64,000 bases of DNA from Chlorokybus atmophyticus (lineage: Eukaryota > Plantae > Mesostigma and Chlorokybus algae), in assembly GCA_009103225.1 (NCBI GenBank), contig RHPI01002272.1, positions 121,784 to 185,783 on the forward strand. Reading direction: 5' to 3'. This document shows, one piece after another, positions 12,257-23,666 of this stretch; positions within the stretch are counted from its first letter, which is position 1, and each line of letters opens with the position of its first letter. The notes under the pieces were generated by a model that searched no databases, had not been told where the DNA came from, and saw only the letters and a program-made list of their open reading frames with translations. Position numbers and translations under genes: made by a program.

Positions 12257-15168
12257 CACTGAGGTTTGCAACAGGGGCGCTGTGCTTGCCGGGATCACTC
12301 AGGACGGGTGCCAGGTCGCTAGGTGAGTTCGCAGTGTCGGGGTGGTCTGGTTCCAGTTTCGCTGCTTGTATCACCAGAGCACGTTTGCTGGATGCCGCGG
12401 CCCCACTGTACTTGCCCTGCTCACGCAGCACGCTTGTTGACTTGGTAATAGTATCTGCGGTGTGGAGGTTCAGCCCCAGCCTCGCTTTGTTAATTGCCAG
12501 CGCCCGTCTTTGCAGGGCCTTGGCCTCACCATATCGACCCTGCTCCTGCAGCACGAGTGCCAGGCTGATGTGGGACATCGCAGTGTCAGGGTGGTCCGGC
12601 CCCAGCCTCGTTTCACGGATAGCCAACGCCCATCTGTAAAGAAGCTCAGCCGCGCTGTATTTGCCCTCGTCTTCACCCTCTGGAAGCGCCCTGGGCACCA
12701 CATACGCAATGTGCTCCATGTCTTCTACAATCATGCCCGCGTCAGCAATGGCAAGGACGGCAGCCTTGGCAATCTGATCTCCCCATTCTCTCTTCCCCTC
12801 CCATCTGCCATAACTCTGCACTAGAGGGTGAAAAGCTAATCTTCCGTCCGGCATCCGCTCGGCTAGCGCATACTTGTTGAGCAGTCCCACCGCATTACCC
12901 ATATCTTGGGTGCTGTAGTCTTTCGCCAGCAAGGCAGAAGCAGCACGTGTCAATAACTCCAACCTGATCGGAGATGCAGAAAACCTTCCACCCAACCAGA
13001 GAAAGTGTCTGGCCAAAGCCACCGCCCGGGGATATCTAACATCATTCACCATCATCTCCACACTTGTGTTAAACATGGTGATTAACTTCCGCATTTGCTG
13101 AAACTCGGGGTCGTCCAACTCTTCGTCACCTTCTTGTGTCAGCAACTCCAAGATCCAATCCGGATCGTGCCCACCCTCGTGCATCAGTCTGGCAGAAACT
13201 GCTAAGGCCCAAGCATGGCACCCTAGAGCAACGGCAAGCTTCTTAAGCCTGTCATCGGGCATCTCGGGCGACAGCCCTGATCTCAGCAACTCACAAGCAT
13301 CCTTCTCTGTAAGGTTCTGCAGCTTCAGGAGGCCGCAATTGGTTGCATGCATTTGCTGACGAGCAGTCATCACGACATGACAAGGCCCTTCCCTCGGTAG
13401 GTATTTCAAGTACTGCTGCTCATCGTCTACATTGTCAATCACCAGCAGACAAGGGGTCTCCGACTGTTCCAATGCTGTCTGGATCTCCGAGACAATGTCT
13501 CGGTTCTGGTACTCAGTAGGTGAATGCATTGCCCCGGACCTATCAGTTGACAGGGTTACTTGAAAGGGTTACCAAGGGTTTCATCAACCGCAATTGCATG
13601 AGCCACCAGAGTTCTTACTTGCTGTCATCGTTGCCTTGGTTGATGCCCAGTGATTTTGCCAACCTTAGAAAGTTACTTGGCAACCCCCCTTTGCTGGCGT
13701 CAATCCAAAGCAGCTTGTCGTACTGGTGCTTATGGCTATATGCGTACTTCAATGCCAGCTGCGTCTTGCCAACACCCCCCATGCCTTGGATACAAACGCA
13801 GCCACAGTCATCTTTCAACATGGTTTCCAGCTCGGTCATCTCTCTGCCCCTCCCAACAAACTGCTTGTTGTCATGGAACGGCAGCATGTTGACTCTCTTC
13901 CCTGTGGTATGCAGTCGTCCCAGCCGCTTGCAAACATTGCGGACAATGGCATCGACGTAAGTGTCCTCGTAATCGTCACGTTTCTTGACCATAAAACTGC
14001 ATACAGCTTCAAGTTTATGAACCGTTTGTGTCCAGTCTTCTTCACTCATATTGCAAGCTCTCCACAGCTCGCCACCCGGGTGATGGGCCCAGACTTTACC
14101 CACTGAATGCAATAGATGCAACATGGTCAGTATGAGGGACCGGAGGGTAACTTCACAGTTTAGTCACAAACAATGTTGCAATGTACCTCCATTCTTGATA
14201 GAATATGCAGTTAAGTCGCCGGGGGTAAGACCGTAACAGACTGGTAGACAATTCTCTCGACCCAAGAACATCTGCAGCGCTTTCATGCAGCACTCGCTAG
14301 AAAAGAACCTCGGAGACAGCACCATAACGCCACATGCTGCCGTTTGCATGGCTGAGTCTATTTGTTCGAGTGAACAGCTGCCCATTCGCAATGATGGATC
14401 ATCCATGAAAACCTGTAGCTTCTGCCTCTCAAGCTCGCGCTTCAGCCATGCACTGAAACCTCGAGTTATGTCTGGACCCTGCTGTGAGAGAAAGACGTCG
14501 TACTGTTGCTTGTTGTCATGAAATGGCAGCGTGTTGACTCTCGTCCCTGTGGTGCGCAGTCGTCCCAGCCGCTTGCAAACATTGCGGACAATGGCATCGA
14601 CGTAAGTGTCCTCGTAATCGTCATGTTCTTTGAACATCATGGAATGAGTTGCAAGTTTTTGAACCGTTTGTGTCCAGTCTTCTTCCCTCATGTTGCAAAA
14701 TCTCCACGGCTCGCCCCCGTGATGCTGCCAGACTGTACCCTCTGCATTCAATAATTGCAACATGGTCAGTATGAGGGACCGGAGGGGTACTGATTCCCGG
14801 TTTAGTCACAATCAATGTTGCAATGTACCTCTATTCTTCATCCCATCTGCATTGATGTCGCTGGGGGTGAGACCGTAACAGACTGGTAGACAATTCTCTC
14901 GACCCAAGAACATGTGCAGCGCTTTCATGCAGCAATGGCTATAAAAGAACCCCGGAGACAGCACCACAACGCCATATGCTGCCGTTTGCATGGCTGAGTC
15001 TACTTGTTTGAGTGAACAGCTGCCCATTCGCAATGATCGATTATCCATGAAAACCTGTAGCTTCTGCCTCTCAAGCTCGCGCTTCAGCCATGCATTGAAA
15101 TCTCGCTTTATGTCTGGATCCTGATGAGAGAGAAAGACGTCATACTGTTTCCCTTCATGCACAGACAT
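12257..15168 (-). CDS. TIR-TIR-NB-ARC-TPR NLR-like protein, 4 exons; probably continues by splicing into the module at 12053
   Basis: ATG at 15168. Two near-identical TIRs (YDVFLS...LKRELERQKLQVFMD). GT-AG introns 14742-14828, 14103-14186 and 13540-13618 each restore the frame. P-loop GMGGVGKT, LLVIDNVDD, FHPLVQ, then TPRs (LGPDHPDTA...LQEQGRYGEA). Confidence 0.85.
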
Positions 15169-17091
15169 GACTGCACGGAGCGCCTTGTTACGCCACCACC
15201 AGCGGCAGCGTGAAGCAGCAAAGCGCCAGGTTGAAGGGTGGTACCGTAAGGGTGTCCAACTGCGAGCCTGCAGTAAGTGGTTGACGCTGTCAAGCTGCTC
15301 ACTAAGACTGCAAGCAGCACTGGCTTAGAAGCATACCTGCAGAGGAAGCAGACTCTTCCGCCGCTGCTGCCAGCTGCCCGCTGCTTTTGAGGCAGCTGTC
15401 GCTCAAAGACAGGTGCTGACAGTCTGATGCTGCACTGCCACTCTCCAGCCATACCCTCCCGCCAATCCTCCCGCCGCCGCTGCTCCAACCTCCCCCCCTT
15501 GACGCAGAGGGCCGCACACTGAAGGGGGGAATCGCAGAGCCTGTGTTGTATATCACAATTTGTCTGCTGCGCACACAATTGTGATATTGTCTTTATCTAG
15601 ATTCTCGCTTACATGCCACTAGCGGCTAGTGGCACGTAAGCGAGATTCTGGTCAATTCTGGGAGACAATGCATCAGTTACATTGATCAACTTCCTACCCG
15701 ACAACATTCCATGAGCAATGTCTGCAGGAAGAGGAGGGGCGGCAGCAGTGAGCACCTCAGCGGTCAAGAATGGCTGACACCTGAGGCAAGTTCTCACGTG
15801 ACAATGAGGTGGCTGAGGATGATGAGGATGAGAATGTCAAGGCACTGCTTGCGGCCATGTTGCGGAAGCACTCGCAGCATCAGCTCACACCTGAACGAAG
15901 ACGATGAGACAGGTGATGGTGATGCACAGGCACCACAGTTCAGCGGCGCTGATACTCATGGCCTGACAGCCGACTGACTTCCGAGGTGAAAGGTGTAATG
16001 TGTGCAGATCATGCTGAGCCTGGGTTGCATAGCATTAAGCCCTTCTGCAGCTAAGTAGCAACTTGGTGCTATGCAGCTGCAGCGACCACCTGATATGCCA
16101 GAAGATGATGCCACCCTGGTGTGTCAGGGTCAGCAACCAGGACGAGTACAGGTCAGTGGTTTGTGCTCAGGCATTTGTCATTGCTGCTTGTTACAGTAGT
16201 AGTCACCGCAGACAATAAGTGTGAATGGCATGTCCAGCAACAAAACAGAACTGCAGTGAGCACAGCATGTGACAGCTGTGGCTAATGGCTACACTTCTGT
16301 ACCAACAACAACAGTGGAGACAATAAAGCCACCGTATCCTGCACACATGCTGACATATGGCCTTGCAGCGTGCGCACCAAGCAACGTGCAATGCAGTGTT
16401 GATCGCTACACTTCTACATATATATGAATTACCTAGTTTGATAGTTACTGTTGAACCTGCCACATACCTGCTAGGCCGCTAACACGGGGCCAGCTCGAGG
16501 GCGGCAACGCCGCCCACAGCGAACATGCAAACCACTACCACCTATGTAAAGGACGTCCAGTATCACCTCTACAACACCAGCCGCACGACGTCCGGCCACT
16601 GCTACCGCCTACGCCAACAGGAGGTTAGACTGCTAGATATGGTTGTTACTCTTCAAGCTGGTAGACCCTTGGCTTTGCTCACCTGCTAGTGCCAGTATAT
16701 GTCAAGCATTGCTGACCTGCGAATGGCTAGCTAGCTAACATGCTCTGGCATGTGTGCTCGCCGCAACCAGCGGCCGTACACTAAGTCGGACGACGAAAAC
16801 CCACCTTGGTCCAGAGCGGAGAAGTCAGCTGGCTTCAGCTGCACTTTGCGTCCTGCCGCCTAACGCGCTTACCCGCTTCCAGCTTGTGTGAGGCGGCGGC
16901 GTCGCGTCCCCTCCGTCCCGCCGCTGCTCATGCGCTCGCTCTGGCCCATGCCGCCCGCTGCGTCCTCTAAGGCTGACGCGGAGCCAGGTACCGTGACAAG
17001 TGCCCAGATCACTGAACAAGTTTGAACGGAGTCGAACGTGGAAAGTATTATCAATGGGCTGGGGTTTTCCTGATTGCCTTTCATCAAGATA

Positions 17092-17287
17092 CCGTAGTGC
17101 CACGAAATGTTCGTTAAATAAATAATTATGCAGGGGTACTTTATGAACTAAAAACCCCCCTGCTCGGCGGCAGCAGCTATGCAAATCCATTGCATATGCG
17201 TTGAAACGTATAGTTTTGCAGGGTTTTGACGAAATCAAAATTACATATGTTTTCGGCGGTTGTCACGAATAATCTGTGTCACTACGG
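17092..17287. mobile_element. MITE-like element, Tc1/mariner(pogo)-type ends
   Basis: TA|CCGTAGTG...CACTACGG|TA. The TIR extends imperfectly to about 25 bp and the 196-bp interior is AT-rich. Confidence 0.55.
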
Positions 17288-18339
17288 TAGTATCATGACA
17301 TGAAAGCACATCATGCTGACGTGACATGACAGGCTGTTATTGATAGCATCATGAAGGGCTCGTAAAACCCTACCATACGCCACATTTTTAACACCTGTAT
17401 CGGCCTAGCACTGCTATCACAATACAAGCTGACCATGTCATGTGCAGGAAAATATACTTTCATGTCATGTCATGCCTGCATATGCATTGAGCGACTTAGG
17501 CCTAGTGCGGGGAGCCGCGGGCTCCATCTTGGGCCAGCATTCTGGCGCAAATTTGTGTACCTGATTCCTCGGCGGCACGGCATGGAGTGCGGTGAGGCGG
17601 TGGCGGGCGGCTGCAGTTGTCTCCGACGTCGGGGCTAAAAGGGCTCTCTCCGGGAGGTGGTCAGAAGCGCAAGCGTCAGCGCCATGCTGAGCGGGGCTGC
17701 TTAGCAAACGCCAACGGTGCAGCTGGAAGCTACTAAACCGACCGTTTGACATAGATGGCTGCAAGCACCGCTTCAGCCTTTCGCAGGTGCTCTACAATGC
17801 CTTGCCATTGTTGACCGCCCTGCACACAGCTTGTCTAGCTGAATCAATGTTGCAGCTCGTGTACCATTATTTGTATTGCACGCAAGTAACGCAGGCTGAC
17901 CAGCGCCTGTGTATGTTTGTGCATGCATGTTTCTACATATAAGGCCGCATACGTGCACACCCGCGCGCGCACTCATTCATACACGCACACCTTCACATGT
18001 ATACAATTGAACACGCGTCTTGCAATCAGTCAGTATTTTAGCTCGTTGCGCGCAGCAGCAACTTACAGCAAGCCTGCTGTGATATGTGAGTATGTGCACT
18101 TCTGTTATCGACGTCCTTACTGTTACTGCGGGCAGTAACGATACTGTTTTTTGTCACAAGCGCACGGGGACGGGCTTCTAGTGTCCCTGTTAAACGTTAT
18201 AGCATGTCAAAGCTTGCCACGCCAGGTGCGCATGGTACACAGTGTAATACCCCTAGTCGACACCCTTGTACATTTTTCCGCAGCTCTACAACACTCGATT
18301 GGTGCTGACACGGCCATTGCTGAACTGAAACTTTGACAG

Positions 18340-18551
18340 GAGTTGGGCGCACTGCACCCATTATAAGGCTGGCCTGCACCGAGCTTGGTTTAGCAGAAGC
18401 GGAAGCGCTTCTTGCAATGGGCGGACTGGTATGCGGAAGGCTGCCTGCAGTGCTGACTGCGGGTGCATCCATTGTCACTGACAGTGGCTACTGGAACCAC
18501 ATTTTCGTCAACCGTGGTAGTGCTGCACAAGACCTGAATTTGGCTGCTGCA
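18340..18551 (+). pseudogene. Exon of unknown gene (paralog of 120-325), truncated by downstream repeat array
   Basis: Open frame GVGRTAPIIRLACTELG...GYWNHIF...DLNLAAA. Similarity to the 120-325 copy stops at about 18551. Confidence 0.5.
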
Positions 18552-20120
18552 CACGGCTTGACATTCAAGGACCAGATATGGTCCGTCCACGGCCCCCGCG
18601 GACCATGTATAGGCCGGTCGGGGCCCCAAATCCTGGTGCGCAGTCGCGCACCAGACATGGTGCGCGGCTGGACCAGATATGTTTCTGGTCCCTTCTGCCG
18701 CGGAAGTTCAGACCATGCATGGTCCGCGGCCGGACCAGGTTTGTCCCCGGTACGACTGTCAATCCGTGGTCTGGACTCAACAATGCCAGATCATATATGT
18801 TCCGCTGAACAAAATTAGTGTGGCTGGTTCGAAGCAGAATCATTGGGCGGACCATTGCTGGTGCACGCTCAGCTCATTGGTCATTTTAGACGAGCAGCAC
18901 GCACCATACATGGTCTGCCGCCTTAACAGGCTCTTACTGGTCCACAATCTTGAAAAATTGCGGACCATTCATGGTTGGTTCCCCATGATTGCTGAACCAT
19001 GCATGGTGCTAAGTTGGTTCGCTGTATAATAAATTTGGGTGGACCATTGCTGACGCATGCTCAGCTCATGGACACTCGCACCATGCATGGTGTGATTGTC
19101 AAGTCTTTACTCAATGTACTAAACATTATCCACCTCGATGTGCGTGTATCGATGGTCTTGAGGAACCCAGCCTCTGCGCAGATCTAGATAGTAGGTGCTT
19201 CATGTAAGAATAACACCATCGTCTGGCTCAGTTGGTGCGTGGCCCAGTCAGTGCCCTCTCCCTCTCCGCGTAGAGGGGTGCATCGTGCATGGTCTTTCTG
19301 CGAAACACCCTTGTACGTGGTTGAGGGAGAGAGCACTAACTGGGTCCGGCATCAGCTAACCCTCGTTTTTGGTTACCCCTCTTTTGTACGCTGCGACTGT
19401 CAAGCACAGCCATCGGATTGAGCCCAATGATACGTGCATGGTGCGACTGTCAACACACGTGCATGGGCTCAAAATACCAAGCTGCAAGCTGTTCCTGGAC
19501 CGATTGACTGCGAGGATACGGACCATGCATAATAGGTCCTCCATTGCTGGGTTATGCATAGTTCTAGGTTGGTCCGTAGTAAAATTATTGGGCGGACCAT
19601 CGCTGACGCACGCTCAGCTACTGGACAGTCGCACCGTGCACGGTGCGACTGTCGCACTCTCAGCTCTTTGACAGTCGCACCGTGCTGTCGATGCTCACAT
19701 GCGTGACCAACAATAATGAGTAAGGCGGACCACTGCTGGCGCGTCGGATAAAAGAGGGTAGTTGTAGCTGATGAGTGACGTGCTGATTGGCCTCCATCAA
19801 TCCACACCCTTCATGGCTGCTCGTGGAGTATATGCACTGATGGGGGTCATGAGATGAACCTCGTCAATTCACAGCCTACACAACAACCATGAAGGGTGCA
19901 CTGCCAGTGCCCATCAGCGACATTATTCTACAGCTATTTGTCATTGCGTTATGTTGCCTATCTTCAGGGACCGCATAAGGGATTTTGCGCAGAGGCTGGG
20001 CTAGAGGGCTTAGCCTCTTGTAACCGTTGATCCAAGCAAAGCGAACGGTGGGCAGTTACTCCATAGAGTCAAGCACCGTGCATGGTGCGACTGTCAACTC
20101 ACGTGCATGGGCTCAAAATA
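18552..20120. repeat. Array of short direct and palindromic repeats; probable subterminal region of CACTA-A
   Basis: Recurrent ACCATGCATGGT palindromes, GGACC/GGTCC and GACTGTC/GACAGTC motifs. Longer units such as gggcggaccat...cgctcagct and catggtgcgactgtcaac...gggctcaaaatacc are repeated. Confidence 0.6.
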
Positions 20121-20258
20121 CCGTGGTCTGCGCAGTAGGGTTTTAGCGGTCATTGAGTTGGCGGCGGCGCACTTGTTGGTGGCGCCGGCAGCGCTCTTGT
20201 TGGTGGCGGCGGCTGCCTCTTGCGGTGCCCTTGGTGGTGGAATGTTGGCGGAATACCA

Positions 20259-23200
20259 ATGGCAAGCAAGAAGGCTGTCAAGCTTGCCAGGGACATTAGT
20301 ACTAAGCTGGGAATCAACTTGCAACCAGCCGATAAGAGGAACACCAATCGTAGGCACCGCCGTCGCAGCCAACAAAGTTCCCTACCCTGGCCGGAGCAGG
20401 CGGCTAATCTCCAGCAAGATGCTGACAGCCCACAGCCTGCCCATGAACTTGAGGCTACGCACGACCAGCTGGATGGCGAGATCAGCCAGCAGCATGAGCA
20501 GTAAGTTTGCTTGCTTACCTTACTTACTTCTCTGCAATGGTCACGCGGTCTACTGTGCATGCCACCTACTATTCTTGCTGTGACAGCCTTCACCATGCTA
20601 GGAGACTGTCAACAAACTGCGTGCACTAGCTGCCTTGCTGTGTATTGCTGTCAGTTGATGGTGCCAATGCATATGATCTAACTGCAGGATTTCTGTAGGC
20701 CTCCCGCAAATCAGCAGCCGACTGTCCATGTGGCCGGCATCACTACCAGTGGAGTGTCAGCCACACTTAACTTAAGGCAACAGTCAGGTAGACAGCCGAC
20801 TGTCGATGTTGCCAGCACCAGCAGTGCCGCAACAGCTCCACTGCAATTCCATGGACAGCCGACTGTTAACATGGCTGGCACCGGCAGTGCAGCAACAACC
20901 GCACTTCAACATCAGTCTGATCCACAGCCGACTGTCAACGTGGCCGGCACTAGCAGTGCTGCCCCCTCTCAGCATTCATGGCAACAATCAGACCTGCAAG
21001 AGACTGTTGACATGCCAACTGACGACTTGCATGCGCTGACTAGTGACGAGGAGGTTGTTGAACCCGAGTAGCAAGAAGTCTCCCAGAGGATTTGCTCTTG
21101 CCTGAGGTGCCATGGCAAGGTGAGCACTAATCATGTTGCTCATGCTCACTCAACATAGCGCGCACGGTTGTGGGACATGCACTGAGGCTGTCCATGCAAC
21201 TGTCATGTCCGCCCACTGCTATACGCGTTGTGAACTATACTTCAGTCGTTGACAGCCCATTTCTTTTTGCAGTTCATTAACTTAGAGACTCCCATGGCCC
21301 ACATGCGACTGGACACGGCGGCGCAAGAAAGTATGCACCCACCGCCAATGCCTTCAGCACAATGCGATACCCCTCAACCAGGCATTTCTTACCAACAACA
21401 AACCTCAGAGACACCTACGCAAAAGATGCTGGATAAGTTCATGTCACTACTGACAGACTTGGAGGACTCTCATGCCCAGCAATCACTGATCAATAAGGTG
21501 CATAAGATTGTTTTCGGCGCTGAGGATTCATTCGTTCAGCTTGCTAAGGATCCTGCTTATGACCGCAGTCAGCTGCGAAATGACCTCCACGCCTTGCTCG
21601 GCTAGCGCAACCCCTCTCAGCCGGCTAACATCACGGCTGTCGATGCATTGCTGACTTTCATTGGAATGCCAGAGTCACAGAGATATACAGCATGCACGAG
21701 ATGCAGTTATTTCTTTCCAGATGCTTAACTATCCGGCCATGATGACAGCGAGGACAGCTATGAGGCAGATGACAGTCGCCACAAGCTTATGAAGCGCTTG
21801 TGGAAACAGCCGTGCGGAGGCCAATGCGGGCGCACGCGCAAGGATTGCATTGACTTTCTGTACACACCCATTGGTCCAAGGCTCGGTCCGTGGCTGCAAG
21901 TACCTTCTGTTGCATATAGCAACCTTGCTTGGTGATACAAAGACACATGGCTCGACGTGCCGATTGACCAGCCCCCAGCGCCTCAAAGGGAAGATTGGCA
22001 TGGCAGCAAGTGGAGAGAGTTCTCTTCTTTTTGAGACTGCACGAAGACCATTCCTCTGCCAAACAAACGCGATTGTGGACGCTACAACTACGACATTGAC
22101 ATGCCCTAGCACAGGGATGGTTACTGGAAATGGCATTGCGAGTGCTCCTGTGACAATGAAGAGGCTGCACAACAGTGTACTGGAGACCCGCGCAACATTG
22201 TGCTCATGCTGCACAGTGATGGTTTCAGCTGCGCATCAACTACAAAGCGGAGCAGCCTTGTCATCAACGTTTTTGTACTCAACGGAGGCAAGCGCGTCAG
22301 CTCACAGGCGTCTTCCATCATGCTCGTGGTATTTGTCCCAGTTGACAAAGTACTCGACGCTGACAAGGACTGTCCGAACCCGTTTATAAAACCCATGCTG
22401 GATGAGTTGGAGGATTTGTACGCCATGGGCTTCCCCACACACTACGGTTTGGACTCCAGCCAGGTGGACAACAAGCTGCCACACCAATCAGCCGGTACGC
22501 TCGATGACTGTTCATCAGACCTCGTGCGCAATGCTGTGTCATGCATGTGACTGTCGATATCGCCTGTCATTCTTCAAATCGCATTGTGACGAATTGAAGA
22601 GTAAGCATAAATTCCATTGAGGGCTGTCAACAACGACTGTCATTTATGAAAGCCATTGGTTGCCACCTGTTACGAATCTATTGAGGGCCTGTTTAAGAGA
22701 CTGTCCACAACGACTGTCAACAGCAACTAGCTTTGTGCAGCTGTCCACTGTACAGGACAGTTCACGTTGACAATCGCCGTTGTATCCTGCGCGTAACTTC
22801 ACACGCGCTGCGCACACACCATCAATGGGCCTTGATGCAACGGGTTTTTGCAGGTGAAAGAGTTTTCCTGAGAGCCATGGTCATGAACATTGCCGGTGAT
22901 AATCCCGCTGAAAGCGAGATGGGGCAATTAAGGAATGGCGGCTTCTGCGGTTGCAGGGCTTGTTGCCTGCTGGCAACTCATATCCAGTACTCTATTGTCG
23001 CCCAAAAAGTCACTCAAGTCAAATCCCAGCACTGGCAGCGATGTTGTTGAAGAAACCCGAAGAAATAGGACTGTTTTCCACTACGCTAGCAGCCGCTACC
23101 ACAGTTGCCATCCATTTGCTAAATGAACTGCAGAGGCCATGTACGCGCTAGCCTACAAAGTTGAGAGCATAGAAAATCCCACTCTCAAGAAAGAAAAGGC

Positions 23201-23666
23201 CAAGACGTATGGCGTCAACGGGCTGTCGCCTTTGTGGAGGCTTTGGCGGATGTACAAGTATGACCCATGCCAGGACATGGTCTTTAATACCATGCACACG
23301 CTAGCCAAAGGACTGGCCGAAAGCTTGACAGCCTGCACTCTGATGGATGGTGGGGACGAGCAGGTCAGCAAGGCTGAGATTGACAGTTGCCTAACTGTGA
23401 TGAGAAACGCACGGCACAGGGAGTTGAGGCATGGTAACCGCTGGCCACACGGCCTCAGCAGTCGCCTTGGATGGTGGAAGGCGCAGGAGCACCTGCTCTT
23501 TGTGCAGTTTGCTGTGCCTTATGTTTTTCACAAGCTGCTAAGCGAAGAAAGGAGAGACCTCGTCATGTGCCTCCACATGATATTTCGCTTGTTCTTTGAC
23601 ATCTCATGCCGCTTGAGTTGGGGTTCCGGCCGTCTGGAGGTCGCTGATGCACTGCTCCGGTACTGA
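20259..23666 (+). pseudogene. CACTA/EnSpm TnpD-like transposase (CACTA-A), decayed and truncated by Copia-1
   Basis: DPRNIVLMLHSDGF, FIKPMLDEL, LRAMVMNIAGDNPA..GGFCGCRAC, NTMH and GWWKAQEHLLF motifs. N-terminal QPTV(D/N)VAxTxSAA tandem repeats at 20715-21010. Several in-frame stops. Confidence 0.85.

Noticed and set aside
14151-14828. Very short 36- and 39-nt introns in the two TIR units
   Set aside because: Longer 84- and 87-nt introns from the same donors have a ctgac branch site and better acceptors (cattcag, aatgcag) and also keep the frame.
15600-17000. Possible upstream exons of the NLR or a separate acidic plus-strand gene
   Set aside because: There is an acceptor-like site just before ATG 15168, but no upstream exon could be fixed with matching phase, and the plus-strand fragments contain stops.
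17091-17288. Back-to-back CACTA termini (TAGTG ... CACTA)
   Set aside because: TA dinucleotides on both outer sides and an imperfect inverted repeat extending inward fit a single small MITE better.
18340-18500. NB-ARC GLPL-like motif in CGRLPAVL
   Set aside because: The paralog reads IRRLPAVL and no P-loop or kinase-2 motif is nearby.
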